DNA from: an uncultured candidatus Porisulfidus sp.
GTDB taxonomy: Bacteria > Pseudomonadota > Gammaproteobacteria > Poriferisulfidales > Oxydemutatoraceae
Assembly (NCBI GenBank): GCA_965215125.1
Contig: OZ244052.1
Span: 1,056,001-1,120,000, forward strand
Length of the DNA: 64,000 nt
Reading direction: 5' to 3'
Shown here one piece after another: positions 32,804 to 42,826 of the stretch. Made by a program: the position numbers and the translations under genes. The first letter of the stretch is position 1. Every line of letters starts with the position of its first letter. The notes beneath the pieces are model-generated. The model was not told the DNA's origin and did not search any database. It saw only the letters and a program-made list of their open reading frames with translations.

Positions 32804-34036
32804 ATGAAAGATATAAAAAGCATCGGGAAAGAATTATCCCGTCATGTAAAGACCCAACAAGAGATGACCGATATCATCGGTCAGTTGATTAAGTCAATGA
32901 TGGAAGGCATACTCAATGCGGAGCTGGACGACCATCTCGGCTATGAGAAAAACGACAAAGCATCCAAGCGTAGAAAGAATACCCGCAACGGGCATAGTGC
33001 CAAGACCTTAAAGACCAATTATGGGGATATAACGATACAGACACCGCGAGATCGGGAGGCGTCGTTTGAACCGATGATTGTGCCGAAAGGGAAAACCCGT
33101 TTAGACGGATTTGAGGATACGATATTGGCACTCTATGCGCAAGGGATGACGGTGCGACAGATACAAGAGTCGATTAAAGAGTTGTATCATGGTGCGGAGA
33201 TTTCTACTGCGGTTATCTCGAATGTCACCGATGCGGTGATAGACGAGGTGCGGACTTGGCAGAGCCGAGTGTTAGAGTGCCTCTATGTGGTGATGTATCT
33301 GGATTGCATCGTCGTCAAAGTGCGAGAGCAAGGCCGTATCATTAACAAGTCGATCTATGTTGCACTGGGCATAAAGCGCAGTGGACGCAAGGAATTACTC
33401 GGGTTGTGGATTGCCGAGACCGAAAGTGCTAAGTTCTGGTTAGCGATATTAACCGAGCTACAAAATCGGGGTGTGAAAGATATCTTGATCTGTTGCATAG
33501 ATGGTCTGAAGGGTTTCGCAGAGGCGATTGCCAGCGTCTATCCGCAGGCAAAAATACAACTGTGTCTAGTCCACATGATGAGAAACTCGCTACGCTATGT
33601 TGCGACTAAAGATAAGAAAGCAGTCTCGGCAGCGTTAAAGAAGATATACAATAGTCCTACGGCGCAGGCTGCCGAGCAGGCGTTAGATGAGTTTGCCGAT
33701 TGCTGGTCGGCAAAATATCCGAGTGTTGAGCGGTCGTGGCGCAATAACTGGGACAACCTGATTACGTTATTTGATTACCCGCCGGAGATTAGAAAAATTA
33801 TCTATACAACGAATGCGATAGAAAGTCTCAATAGCGTGATTAGAAAATCCATCCGCAACCGGAAGATATTCCCGAGCGACCAATCGGCATTGAAAGTAGT
33901 TTATTTGGCAATCAAAAAAGCCTCTGCTCGCTGGACGCTGCCGATACGAAATTGGATACCGGCGATGAACCGATTAGCTATTGAATACGAAGGTAGATTT
34001 GATATTGAGGAAAACGAAGTTACACAAAATAGTTAA
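32804..34036 (+). CDS. IS256-family (mutator) transposase
   Basis: RNGH, PRDR..FEP, DGLKGF, IYTTNAIESLN. Confidence 0.95.
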   Translation: MKDIKSIGKELSRHVKTQQEMTDIIGQLIKSMMEGILNAELDDHLGYEKNDKASKRRKNTRNGHSAKTLKTNYGDITIQTPRDREASFEPMIVPKGKTRLDGFEDTILALYAQGMTVRQIQESIKELYHGAEISTAVISNVTDAVIDEVRTWQSRVLECLYVVMYLDCIVVKVREQGRIINKSIYVALGIKRSGRKELLGLWIAETESAKFWLAILTELQNRGVKDILICCIDGLKGFAEAIASVYPQAKIQLCLVHMMRNSLRYVATKDKKAVSAALKKIYNSPTAQAAEQALDEFADCWSAKYPSVERSWRNNWDNLITLFDYPPEIRKIIYTTNAIESLNSVIRKSIRNRKIFPSDQSALKVVYLAIKKASARWTLPIRNWIPAMNRLAIEYEGRFDIEENEVTQNS

Positions 34037-34103
34037 CAGGCTCAAAAGCGGGGGGCTGTAGTATGGAAACCGACTTTGCAGGTGATCCTAAAAATGGGGA
34101 AGG

Positions 34104-34625
34104 TCATTGAGTTTCCTGCTCTAATTTCACTTGGATGTTAGGCCATGCATATAGTTGAGAGGTCATGCGTTGTAGGAACCCAACCTTATATATATCTTCT
34201 TTAGTTTCCTCTATAGATTTTGCTAATTCATTGTGACACAAAATATCAAGTGCTCTTAGTATAGGCGGTTCATCCTTTTCAATCTGAAGGCGTTGGGCTG
34301 TAAAGGAGGCTATATCATTTTGTCTGTTCATGATAATGTCTGCCTCTAATTCTCCAAATCTTTGTTTGAGGTTTGTGTGAAGCATGGCGCAATTAGAGAA
34401 TCCAAGAAATAAATCTAGCAGGAAAGCGAACATAGAAAGAATACTAAATACAGTTAACCATTTATCATCTAATGCGCCATTTGCAACAGTAAAACCAATC
34501 GTTGCGAGCACAATGCCGGTGCCTACGACAACACGATGACAAATATCAAAGAATCTACGTCGTCTGTCGTGGTAGCGGATTGATCTGCGGACTCCCCATA
34601 GAAGATCCCATCTTTCGTCTTCCAT
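34104..34625 (-). CDS. Two-TM hypothetical protein, SLATT-like architecture
   Basis: VRRSIRYH.RRRRFF helix, two hydrophobic helices, then an H..L...F..L helix; start could be 34676. Confidence 0.6.
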   Translation of the reverse strand: MEDERWDLLWGVRRSIRYHDRRRRFFDICHRVVVGTGIVLATIGFTVANGALDDKWLTVFSILSMFAFLLDLFLGFSNCAMLHTNLKQRFGELEADIIMNRQNDIASFTAQRLQIEKDEPPILRALDILCHNELAKSIEETKEDIYKVGFLQRMTSQLYAWPNIQVKLEQETQ

Positions 34626-34678
34626 ATTGTTTTTTTGAGGACCTGAGCATTGGGGAGACTGTGTTTGTGAGTTCATAT

Positions 34679-34957
34679 CTACTTACCTTTCTTTTTAGGT
34701 TTGGCGGGTGGGACTGTGTTTGTTACTTCCCTCTTCATTGGGGATTTTATGCCTGCCACTTTTTTCTTCCTCGGGGATGCTATGCTTGCTCCTTTTGTCT
34801 TTGGCTTCTTTCTGTACCCGGGTGTTTCGTCTTGAACTAAAGCTGATCCAGCTAAAGATTTGCTCTCCTTCGGAGTTGGTTCTTTCCTCCCGGATAAGAC
34901 TTTTGATGCCAACTTCGACACTTTATCGCTTGTTTGTTTTTTTCCTTTTTTAACCAT
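34679..34957 (-). CDS. Small Lys-rich hypothetical protein
   Basis: TSDKVSKLASKVL...KSLAGSALVQ core and Pro/Lys tail; directly upstream of and co-oriented with the 2TM gene. Confidence 0.55.
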   Translation of the reverse strand: MVKKGKKQTSDKVSKLASKVLSGRKEPTPKESKSLAGSALVQDETPGYRKKPKTKGASIASPRKKKVAGIKSPMKREVTNTVPPAKPKKKGK

Positions 34958-35068
34958 TATATTTTTTCACACAGTAGTTATATGAATTTATAGACTTATA
35001 GTTTGAGTATATCATATGATGTTGTCCATTGTTGGGAGGAAGATCACGATACTCGTGCGGATACTTCT

Positions 35069-35353
35069 GGAGCTGTTGAAAAAGTATCCACGAACCGTAG
35101 GGACGGTACATTCCCCTCCTTCGGAGGGGTGGCAGGCGCAGCCTGACGGGGTGGTTGTGTCGTATCTGCAAGATTTATACATTCATTCACCCGATTTATG
35201 GAAACCAAAACCATAAGGCGCAAGCGGTTGGTGTCGTGCAGAACGGTACTTAAGGGCAGACACACAGGTCTGCCCCTACGGCTTGGTGGTTATTATAAAT
35301 TCACGGCGCAAGCGGTTACGGTTGCAAGCTGACGATACTTTTTCAACAGCCCC
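35069..35353. mobile_element. Intact 285-bp REP-bearing MITE containing an empty IS110 target site
   Basis: TIRs GGAGCTGTTGAAAAAGTATC / GATACTTTTTCAACAGCCCC; direct repeat ACTTCT at 35063-35068 and 35354-35359; contains the reverse complement of GCCGTAGGGGCAGACCTGTGTGTCTGCCC. Confidence 0.85.
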
Positions 35354-35381
35354 ACTTCTGCGACCACCCCGTCAGGCTAAG

Positions 35382-35422
35382 TAGAACCGCCACTTGTGCT
35401 ACTGCAACAAGTGGCGGTTCTA
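35382..35422. repeat. REP-type hairpin overlapping the mnmE stop codon (possible terminator)
   Basis: TAGAACCGCCACTTGT-loop-ACAAGTGGCGGTTCTA perfect stem. Confidence 0.7.
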
Positions 35423-36775
35423 TTTGCCGACACAGAAGCGGGAAAAAATATCTCCCAATAGTTCTTCGGTGCTGTATGCGCCGGTGATATTTGCCAGTGC
35501 TTGTTGTGCGATGCGCAAGTTCTCGGCGATGATTTCCAGTTTTTGATCGTGCGCTGTTCCATCCCGCATAACGATTTCGGACAACGCTGCTTCAGCCGTA
35601 TCCAGCGCATCCAGATGCCGTCGGTTGGCAAACAGCACGCTACGCTCGGCATCCAAAAAGTCGCCTTGTACGATACGCGCCTTGATTTTCTGTTGTAGTG
35701 TTTCTATGCCTTCGCCGGTTTTAGCCGATATCTGCACCTCAACTTCCGGATCGTCAACGGGTGTCATGAGCAGATCTATTTTGTTAGATACCACAAGAAC
35801 GGGCTGGTCTTTGAATTGCTTTAGCATTGCGCGCTCAGCATCGTCGATTCCACTACGCGCATCCACCAACAGCAAAAGTAAATCGGATGCTTGCATTGCC
35901 AAGTGGGTGCGGCGCACCCCTTCTTGTTCAACGGGATCTATGGTTTCCCTAATGCCTGCGGTATCCGATATCCGAATCGGGATGCCACCGATGACAATCT
36001 CTCGGCGGACTATATCTCTTGTCGTACCGGGTTGTTCGTTGACGATCGCTTCCGCTCGCATTGCCAACCTATTCAACAAGCTGGACTTGCCGACATTCGC
36101 TTGACCGACGATTGCAAGCTCTGCGCCTTCATATAAATAAAGGCTTTGCCGACCTGCCGCTTTAACCCGAGAAATCGTTTGGACGAGGTCTTGCAGATGT
36201 TGCTTAAGCACTTGCCGGTCAAAGGTTTCTATATCCTCATCGGAGAAATCCAACTCCGCCTCTACCAGGATGCGCAATGCTTTTATGCGCTCGGCTATTT
36301 CTTCAAACTGAGCGGACATTTCTCCTTGCAGGGCGCGTTGTGCGCCGCGTGCGGCTTGACGGCTGGAGCTATTGATCAAATCGGCAATCGCTTCCAACTG
36401 CACTAAATCGTATTTATTGTTGAGAAAGGCGCGTTGGCTGAACTCTCCCGGTTGCGCAAGACGTGCGCCGAGCTGCAACACCCGTTCCAGTATCAAGTCC
36501 AACACGATCGGACTGCCGTGTGATTGCAGTTCCAAGACATCTTCTCCGGTGAAACTGGCGGGGGCTTTATACAAAATAGCGATACCCTCGTCGATGATTT
36601 GACCTTGCGCGTCCATAAAGCGGCTATAGCACGCGTTGCGTGGTTTCAATGTTGTATGCGTAATCCGTGATGCAATCTCAACTGCGGCTTTGCCGCTAAC
36701 CCGCACAACCCCTATGCCGGCTTTGCCCGAGGCGGTTGCAACTGCGGCTATGGTGTCGCCGTCTTTAAGGTTCAT
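35420..36775 (-). CDS. mnmE: tRNA modification GTPase MnmE
   Basis: SFTGEDVLE, GQANVGKSS, DTAGIR, FSRFCVGK C-terminus. Confidence 0.98.
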   Translation of the reverse strand: MNLKDGDTIAAVATASGKAGIGVVRVSGKAAVEIASRITHTTLKPRNACYSRFMDAQGQIIDEGIAILYKAPASFTGEDVLELQSHGSPIVLDLILERVLQLGARLAQPGEFSQRAFLNNKYDLVQLEAIADLINSSSRQAARGAQRALQGEMSAQFEEIAERIKALRILVEAELDFSDEDIETFDRQVLKQHLQDLVQTISRVKAAGRQSLYLYEGAELAIVGQANVGKSSLLNRLAMRAEAIVNEQPGTTRDIVRREIVIGGIPIRISDTAGIRETIDPVEQEGVRRTHLAMQASDLLLLLVDARSGIDDAERAMLKQFKDQPVLVVSNKIDLLMTPVDDPEVEVQISAKTGEGIETLQQKIKARIVQGDFLDAERSVLFANRRHLDALDTAEAALSEIVMRDGTAHDQKLEIIAENLRIAQQALANITGAYSTEELLGDIFSRFCVGK

Positions 36776-38469
36776 GATTGCTCTATGCGTTTATTGATTA
36801 CATATTGTTGTGCAATTGAGAGGACATTGTTAATAAGCCAATAGAGTACCAAACCCGACGGGAAAAAAGCAAAGAAGACGGTAAAGATAATCGGTAGCAA
36901 GGTCATTATTTTGGCTTGTATCGGGTCGGGTGGTGTCGGATTGAGCTTGGTTTGGATGAGCATCGTAGCACCCATCAGCAACGGCAAAACATAATACGGA
37001 TCGCGGGTGGAGAGGTCTTGTATCCAAAACATAAACGGTGCTTGTCTGAGTTCTACACTCTCCAACAGCACCCAATAGAGTGCTATGAAAACCGGGATCT
37101 GAACCAAAATCGGCAGGCAGCCGCCCAAGGGATTGATTTTTTCTTTTTTATAGAAGTCCATCATCTCCTTTTGCATACGCGATTTATCGTCCTTGAAACG
37201 TTCGCGCAATGTCATCAAGCTGGGTTGTAATTTGCGCATTCTCGCCATTGATTTATAGCTCATCTCCGACAGCTTATAGAACACCAGCTTTATCAGCAAG
37301 GTCAGCAAAATGATTGCAACTCCCCAATTTCCGACACTACCGTAGATTAAATCCAGCAGCCAAAACAGCGGCTTGGATATGATCGAAAAAATACCGTAGT
37401 CGGTGGTCAGTTCAAGGCCTTCTTGTATTTCCTCTAGTTGGTTTTGTAGCTTAGGACCCACAAACAGCCGGGTAATAAATCGTTCTTCCTGCCCCGGTTC
37501 CACGACGATCGGTTGTGAGCGCATCCCTATAATGTATTCCGGGCGCACGCCGCCCTGCGCAACCCGCGTGTAAAAATCATTGCTTTGCCCGGCTTCCGGC
37601 AACAGTGCCGAGAGAAAATAATGTTGTAGCATCGCGACCCAGCCTTCGACGACTTCTATTCCGAGTTGCTCTTGCGCAATGTCGTCAAACGACAATTTGT
37701 TGTATTTACCGTCGTAATAGGCGGCGCCGGTAAAGGTATATAACAAGCGAAAGTCCTCTTCGTCAATATGCCCGCGGCGTAATTGCCGATATTGCCTCCC
37801 CACCCATGCCGTATCGCTATTGTTTTTCACCAAATGCTCGATGTCTAGCAGATAACTGCCGCGCTTGAAGGTGTATATCTTGTTGACCTCTATGCCGTCT
37901 CCGCTATTCCAATACAGTGCCGTTCGCAAGACCTCGTCGCCGTCGTCCATCACCGCCTCTTGCTGTTGCGCTTGATATTCTTGGTGATGCGAGGGGGCTT
38001 TTTTTCTGAGTGTGTCCCTGTCAATGCCGGCGATCTGATCATGTAATAACCCCGATTGCATCACATAAAAGTTTGCACCTTCTTTATTGTTAAATAAACG
38101 AAAGGGTCGCTCCGGCGTATCTATGCTTTGCGGTTGTTTCAGCAAGTCGGCACGGATGATGTCTCCGCCTCGGGTGCTGATTTCAAGATCCAACACATCG
38201 GTTATCACCTTGATGCGACCGCTCAACCCACGCTGTGGCGAGTCTTGTATCACGGCATTAGCTTGACCGGGGTCGTGAACAACCGCCTCGGGCAGATCGT
38301 CTTGGGGTGGTGGTGTTGCGGTGTCTCCGTATCGGGTGATTTCGGCTTGCGATACCGAGGGATCGGTCAATGCTGCGTGCTGCTCCGATTGCCAAGTTTG
38401 CCACCTTTCCCATAATAGAAAAAGCACCAATGCCAACGATAAATATAATATGAGGCGCGAATTCTCCAT
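36772..38469 (-). CDS. yidC: Membrane protein insertase YidC
   Basis: GNWGVAIILLT, NPLGGCLP, WIQDLS..DP. Confidence 0.97.
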   Translation of the reverse strand: MENSRLILYLSLALVLFLLWERWQTWQSEQHAALTDPSVSQAEITRYGDTATPPPQDDLPEAVVHDPGQANAVIQDSPQRGLSGRIKVITDVLDLEISTRGGDIIRADLLKQPQSIDTPERPFRLFNNKEGANFYVMQSGLLHDQIAGIDRDTLRKKAPSHHQEYQAQQQEAVMDDGDEVLRTALYWNSGDGIEVNKIYTFKRGSYLLDIEHLVKNNSDTAWVGRQYRQLRRGHIDEEDFRLLYTFTGAAYYDGKYNKLSFDDIAQEQLGIEVVEGWVAMLQHYFLSALLPEAGQSNDFYTRVAQGGVRPEYIIGMRSQPIVVEPGQEERFITRLFVGPKLQNQLEEIQEGLELTTDYGIFSIISKPLFWLLDLIYGSVGNWGVAIILLTLLIKLVFYKLSEMSYKSMARMRKLQPSLMTLRERFKDDKSRMQKEMMDFYKKEKINPLGGCLPILVQIPVFIALYWVLLESVELRQAPFMFWIQDLSTRDPYYVLPLLMGATMLIQTKLNPTPPDPIQAKIMTLLPIIFTVFFAFFPSGLVLYWLINNVLSIAQQYVINKRIEQS

Positions 38470-38486
38470 CTCGTTTTAGCTCGCTG

Positions 38487-38861
38487 TTACTCGGGACACT
38501 GTATCGCTTGCCGCTGCCAAAAATGCACAAGTTTTCTATGGAGCGTCGGTGCATCTATTCGGGTTTGTTCGCCTCTATAACTGACTAGATAATCCCGTCC
38601 GGGTAGTCTTAGTCGGTAGATGCGAAAGGTCTCTTTGATAATTCTTTTAATTCGGTTGCGCTTCACTGCGTGTTTAACTCTTTTCTTTGAAATAGCCACT
38701 CCTAAACGCGCATGACCACAACGATTGACTACATGGCGGATTAAAAGATCGCTATCCTTAAATATCTCTGTTCGCTTAGCCGGGAAAACAAAATCCGAGG
38801 CTTTGCGAAGGCTGAATACTCCTTTTAGATTTTTAACCGCTTTTGCTTCGTCGCCATCCAA
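38487..38861 (-). CDS. rnpA: RNase P protein component
   Basis: RLGVAISKK..HAVKRNRIKR RNR motif; start uncertain. Confidence 0.9.
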   Translation of the reverse strand: MDGDEAKAVKNLKGVFSLRKASDFVFPAKRTEIFKDSDLLIRHVVNRCGHARLGVAISKKRVKHAVKRNRIKRIIKETFRIYRLRLPGRDYLVSYRGEQTRIDAPTLHRKLVHFWQRQAIQCPE

Positions 38862-38882
38862 AATAATTCTGTTGCCATTGTA

Positions 38883-39017
38883 TTAAGGGCAAAGCGCAGA
38901 CCGACCGCGGCGACGACGGGCATTAAGAATCGCACGGCCGCTACGCGTTTTCATGCGCGCACGAAAGCCATGCGTCCGTTTGCGTTTAAGATTACTGGGC
39001 TGAAATGTCCGTTTCAT
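38883..39017 (-). CDS. rpmH: 50S ribosomal protein L34
   Basis: Hand translation [44 protein letters not shown]. Confidence 0.97.
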   Translation of the reverse strand: MKRTFQPSNLKRKRTHGFRARMKTRSGRAILNARRRRGRSALCP

Positions 39018-39052
39018 TTTTTGGTCTCTAAAATACTCGGTTTAGGGTGCTT

Positions 39053-39081
39053 AATGTAACACTTTTGCGCTTTTTTTTCAA
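39053..39081 (-). promoter_or_regulatory. Putative sigma70 promoter of rpmH
   Basis: TTGAAA-17 bp-TACATT on the minus strand. Confidence 0.5.
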
Positions 39082-39093
39082 CTTTGGGTTGCC

Positions 39094-39187
39094 AGTTCAA
39101 CGCATCAAGCTGTCTTTGTATATACAGTCTGCGATCAGGGGTGCGCTTGAGGCTTATTATATAGATAGGGTAGGGATTAGTATTCAT
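39094..39187 (-). pseudogene. 5' fragment of a second GT25 glycosyltransferase
   Basis: MNTNPYPIYIISLKRTPDRRLYIQRQLDALN parallels the N-terminus of 39265..40275. Confidence 0.8.
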
Positions 39188-39264
39188 GGTTATTTGAACT
39201 TTATTGTATCAGTCTCCGGACTGCATTCTAATACAAAATATGGATACGCGGCTTCTTAGCTCCC

Positions 39265-40275
39265 TTATACATTGCGAACGGAATTTTTCAAATAACCAAA
39301 CGAAGCTGTCGCACAAGGTGGTGTAAGAATCCTAAGTTTAATACTACCTTGCTTGTATAAATACCACGGGATAGCATCTATATGCATTCTGTATTCAGAA
39401 TTAACTACCTCCTTACATTGATTGGCTGCCGCCGAAGTCAATAGATAAGCCATACCCGATGTCGGTTGCTCGGCAGGGATTGCCGTATCGTAGCTCTCGT
39501 ATAGGGTTTGTTGGCTAGGTCTAACAGGCAGCCCCCCTATTTGACAGGCTGCGTAGATACGCATATTCTTTTCTTTGTTTCTGTATATTATGTGGTGATC
39601 GGGATTATAGAATGTCAATAAATACTTATAGGCATTAATAGAATACTTAAACAATTTATTGGCTGTTCTTGAACTGCTTAACAACATTAACAACCACCAT
39701 TGAAACTTAGGAATAGCAGTCCAGTCTAACTGATTGCGAGATGCAGGTGTAGGTGGCATCATCCGTCTAAACCATTTGACTCTTTTCAATTTCGGAAATA
39801 ATGAACAATCTATCTCGGGCATTTCTTTCATTTCTTTTTGAATATTAGGATTCGTTGCCGGTATATATCTAATCGTCTTAGACTGGCTGGACAGCATGAG
39901 TATATCCCAAGATGCTTTTTGTGACGCGCTCAGTATCCTTCCAAAATCAGGTGATATTTGGGTATCGTCTTCCAATATACAAGCGGCAGAATCATGATGC
40001 TTCGCCATTAAATTATAGGCTTTGACATGACTTAAGGCACACACAAAGTGATAATAAAAATAATGCTCGTTTCCTTTCTCAATAACGGTTCGATCAATAT
40101 CCAATAGGTCGGCAACCTCATCTCGGTATTGTAGAGATTTAAAATCTCGTTTATCTACAGCATCGACGATTTGATAGTTCAAGTTCAACGCATCAAGCTG
40201 TCTTTGTATATGTAGTCTACGCTCGGGGGTGCGCTTCAGACTGATTACATAAATAGGATACGGGTTAACACTCAT
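39265..40275 (-). CDS. Glycosyltransferase family 25 protein
   Basis: YVISLKRTPERR, CALSH, ILEDD, AYLLT..AA, HID motifs. Confidence 0.85.
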   Translation of the reverse strand: MSVNPYPIYVISLKRTPERRLHIQRQLDALNLNYQIVDAVDKRDFKSLQYRDEVADLLDIDRTVIEKGNEHYFYYHFVCALSHVKAYNLMAKHHDSAACILEDDTQISPDFGRILSASQKASWDILMLSSQSKTIRYIPATNPNIQKEMKEMPEIDCSLFPKLKRVKWFRRMMPPTPASRNQLDWTAIPKFQWWLLMLLSSSRTANKLFKYSINAYKYLLTFYNPDHHIIYRNKEKNMRIYAACQIGGLPVRPSQQTLYESYDTAIPAEQPTSGMAYLLTSAAANQCKEVVNSEYRMHIDAIPWYLYKQGSIKLRILTPPCATASFGYLKNSVRNV

Positions 40276-40358
40276 GCTCAGACAAGTTCGAAATTCAGGG
40301 TTATGCTACAACATTATTTTGCTTTTATGCGCGCTTTCTATACAATGAATATCGCTCA

Positions 40359-41135
40359 ATGAAAACCGATAAACATCCCGAAATCGTTATTATATCAGGC
40401 TTTGATCCATGCGCTGGTGCGGGGTTGATTGCCGATATTGAAACCGCACACGCCTTAGGTTGTCGTAGCCGAGCGGTCATTACTTGTCAAACGGTACAAA
40501 ACAAAGAGAATGCGACAGCTTGTGTGGCAAGCGATGCAACTTGGTTCAAGTCTCAGTTGCACTCTGCGACAGATAGAAGTGCTTGCTCGGCAATAAAAAT
40601 AGGCTTAACACCGTCACCCGAGATAATTGAGATAATCGCCGAAGTGCTGCCCGGATTAAATTGTCCCATTGTCATTGACCCGATTATTGCTGCCGGTGGC
40701 GGTTATGTGTTTTGTGACTCTAAAACTATAGACCTTCTTTGCGGTAAGCTAATTCCCCTATGCGATCTTGCAACGCCCAATGCACAAGAGCTCAAGCAGC
40801 TTGCGAAGACATCCGATTCCAACCAAGCTGCAACATTACTACTTGGACGGGGATGCAAAGCGGTTTTGGTAAGTAGCGAATACCAAAAGGAAGGCCTTTT
40901 ATATCATTGCCTTTATAGACCGAACCATTCACCTCAAATATATACTGCCAAACGATTACCCCATCGTTATCGCGGTAGCGGTTGTATACTCGCCAGTGCA
41001 ATAGCCGCCTATCTAGCACACGGGAATGAATTGGCATCGGCTGTTAAACAAGCACAAGAATTTACATACGGCTGTTTGTTGACTGCAATTTCCGCAGAAC
41101 AAGGAATCGCTATGCCTCAACGTTTTAAGCGATGA
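40359..41135 (+). CDS. thiD: Hydroxymethylpyrimidine/phosphomethylpyrimidine kinase
   Basis: GFDPCAGAGLIADI, TPNAQE, GSGCILASA; overlaps thiE. Confidence 0.85.
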   Translation: MKTDKHPEIVIISGFDPCAGAGLIADIETAHALGCRSRAVITCQTVQNKENATACVASDATWFKSQLHSATDRSACSAIKIGLTPSPEIIEIIAEVLPGLNCPIVIDPIIAAGGGYVFCDSKTIDLLCGKLIPLCDLATPNAQELKQLAKTSDSNQAATLLLGRGCKAVLVSSEYQKEGLLYHCLYRPNHSPQIYTAKRLPHRYRGSGCILASAIAAYLAHGNELASAVKQAQEFTYGCLLTAISAEQGIAMPQRFKR

Positions 41136-41785
41136 AATTAGAAGGTCTATATCTGATTGCCGATACTACACAGTTGATAGAGAAAAATATGGACAAACAC
41201 ATCGCTTCGTTGATAGAAGCGGGTGTGTCAATGATTCAATTTCGAGACAAAACACGCCGCACCTATGAACACGAGGCTATACAAAAAACACACCGGCTCG
41301 CTCGAGCAATCCAAGCGCAATGCCAAATCTACAACATTCCTTTTATCGTCAACGACGATGTTTCTTTGGCGATAGCAATCAACGCCGACGGCGTGCATCT
41401 GGGAAAAAACGATATGGATATGGCGGAGGCAAGACAACGGTTGGGTCCTAATAAATATATCGGTGTGTCGTGTTATGCTTGTGCATCGCGTGCCTTACAG
41501 GCACAACAAAACGGTGCCGATTATGTCGCTTTCGGTGCGGTTTTTAGTTCCATCACTAAACCACAAGCCGAACGTTTGGGTTCGTCTATTGAGGAATCAC
41601 TACGCGTATTAGAAAAACTAAGCATAGGAATCGATATACCGATATGCGCAATCGGCGGCATCACGCCGGACAAAGCAAAACAAGTGATCGGATGCGGTGT
41701 GCAGATAGTCGCAGTCGCTTCGGGCATTTTGAAGGCGGTCAATCCCTGTCAGGCGGTTGAGCACTATCGCCGTGCTTGGTTATAG
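41132..41785 (+). CDS. thiE: Thiamine-phosphate synthase
   Basis: QFRDK, VNDD, ADGVHLG, AIGGIT. Confidence 0.93.
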   Translation: MKLEGLYLIADTTQLIEKNMDKHIASLIEAGVSMIQFRDKTRRTYEHEAIQKTHRLARAIQAQCQIYNIPFIVNDDVSLAIAINADGVHLGKNDMDMAEARQRLGPNKYIGVSCYACASRALQAQQNGADYVAFGAVFSSITKPQAERLGSSIEESLRVLEKLSIGIDIPICAIGGITPDKAKQVIGCGVQIVAVASGILKAVNPCQAVEHYRRAWL

Positions 41786-41895
41786 CATGTTCGACGACGG
41801 TAGCTGTTCACCAACCACGAATTAACCTACCGGCGATTATCGTAAATTTAATTGATGAATATTGTGGTTTGCGTAAATCACAATAGCGGCAACGA

Positions 41896-42702
41896 TTACA
41901 ACGCCGTCATCAAATCCATTACTTGTTTGTGTTGCCATACATCGTGCACCCTAAAAATTTTGACACCGGCTTGTAATCCGAGTACCGTCGTCGCACAGCT
42001 TGCCGGCACGCGCTGTTGCGGTTTGGCTACACGACACACGTCCCCCATAAAGCGTTTGCGGCTGGTGCCTAGTAGTACTGGGTAACCCAGTGCGGTTATT
42101 TTGTTCAGATGCTTTAGAAGCCTTAGGTTATGCTCGGTGTTTTTCCCGAAACCAATGCCCGGATCTAGAATGATCGCATCCTCGCTCAACCCGTAATTCT
42201 TTGCGGCTTCGGCTCGGGCGACCAAGAAATCGCATACCTCGCCGACCACATCGTCGTACTGCGGCTGCTCGTTCATGGTAGCTGGTTGGCCTTGCATGTG
42301 CATCAGGCAAATCGGTACTTGTCGGTCTGCCGATAGTTCCAACATCGCCGGATCGTCGCGCCCTGCCGAAACATCGTTGAGCATTGCGGCACCATGATCC
42401 AAAGCAGCTTCGGCAACCTCGGATAAAGTGGTATCTATACTCATTATCGTATCGGAATAACATTCCGATATTGCTGCAATGATATCCACCACGCGCGCCT
42501 TCTGCTCTGCGGCACCGACCCGTTGCGAACCGGGGCGCGTGGATTCACCACCTATGTCGATGATGTCGGCACCTTGCTCTATCATTGTCCCTACACCCTC
42601 GATAATCTGTTCGGGATGATTCCACTCCCCGCCGTCCGAAAAGCTATCGGGGGTGAGGTTCAGGATTGCCATCAATCGGGGCTTGCTTAAATCCAGTTTC
42701 AT
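41896..42702 (-). CDS. folP: Dihydropteroate synthase
   Basis: ILNLTPDSFSDGG, GGESTRPG, DPGIGFGK, SRKRF, RVHDV. Confidence 0.97.
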   Translation of the reverse strand: MKLDLSKPRLMAILNLTPDSFSDGGEWNHPEQIIEGVGTMIEQGADIIDIGGESTRPGSQRVGAAEQKARVVDIIAAISECYSDTIMSIDTTLSEVAEAALDHGAAMLNDVSAGRDDPAMLELSADRQVPICLMHMQGQPATMNEQPQYDDVVGEVCDFLVARAEAAKNYGLSEDAIILDPGIGFGKNTEHNLRLLKHLNKITALGYPVLLGTSRKRFMGDVCRVAKPQQRVPASCATTVLGLQAGVKIFRVHDVWQHKQVMDLMTAL

Positions 42703-42826
42703 TACTTCTTGCTAAAAACCACCATTATATTCTTGATTGTACTTTTCTATATCCACGATTTATTCTTCTCTGGTCAAATGGGCAGTTGTGCTATAATCAA
42801 GTCACTGATTTATGAGGCAATATGGT

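Larger units (their letters stand above)
32133..34043 (+). mobile_element. IS256-family element with a tandem 595-bp duplication of its left part
   Basis: IRL GAGACTGTAATTTAAATTGTGTAA at 32133 and again at 32728; IRR ends at 34043; 8-bp direct repeat AAAAGCGG at 32125-32132 and 34044-34051. Confidence 0.9.

Noticed and set aside
34044-34103. GGGGGCTGTAG... as the start of a tRNA
   Set aside because: No cloverleaf, T-loop GTTC or CCA end could be formed.
25370-35420. Integrase-mobilised genomic island at the mnmE 3' end
   Set aside because: No integrase gene, and I found no duplicate of the mnmE 3' end at the gshB side; kept only as an accessory region.
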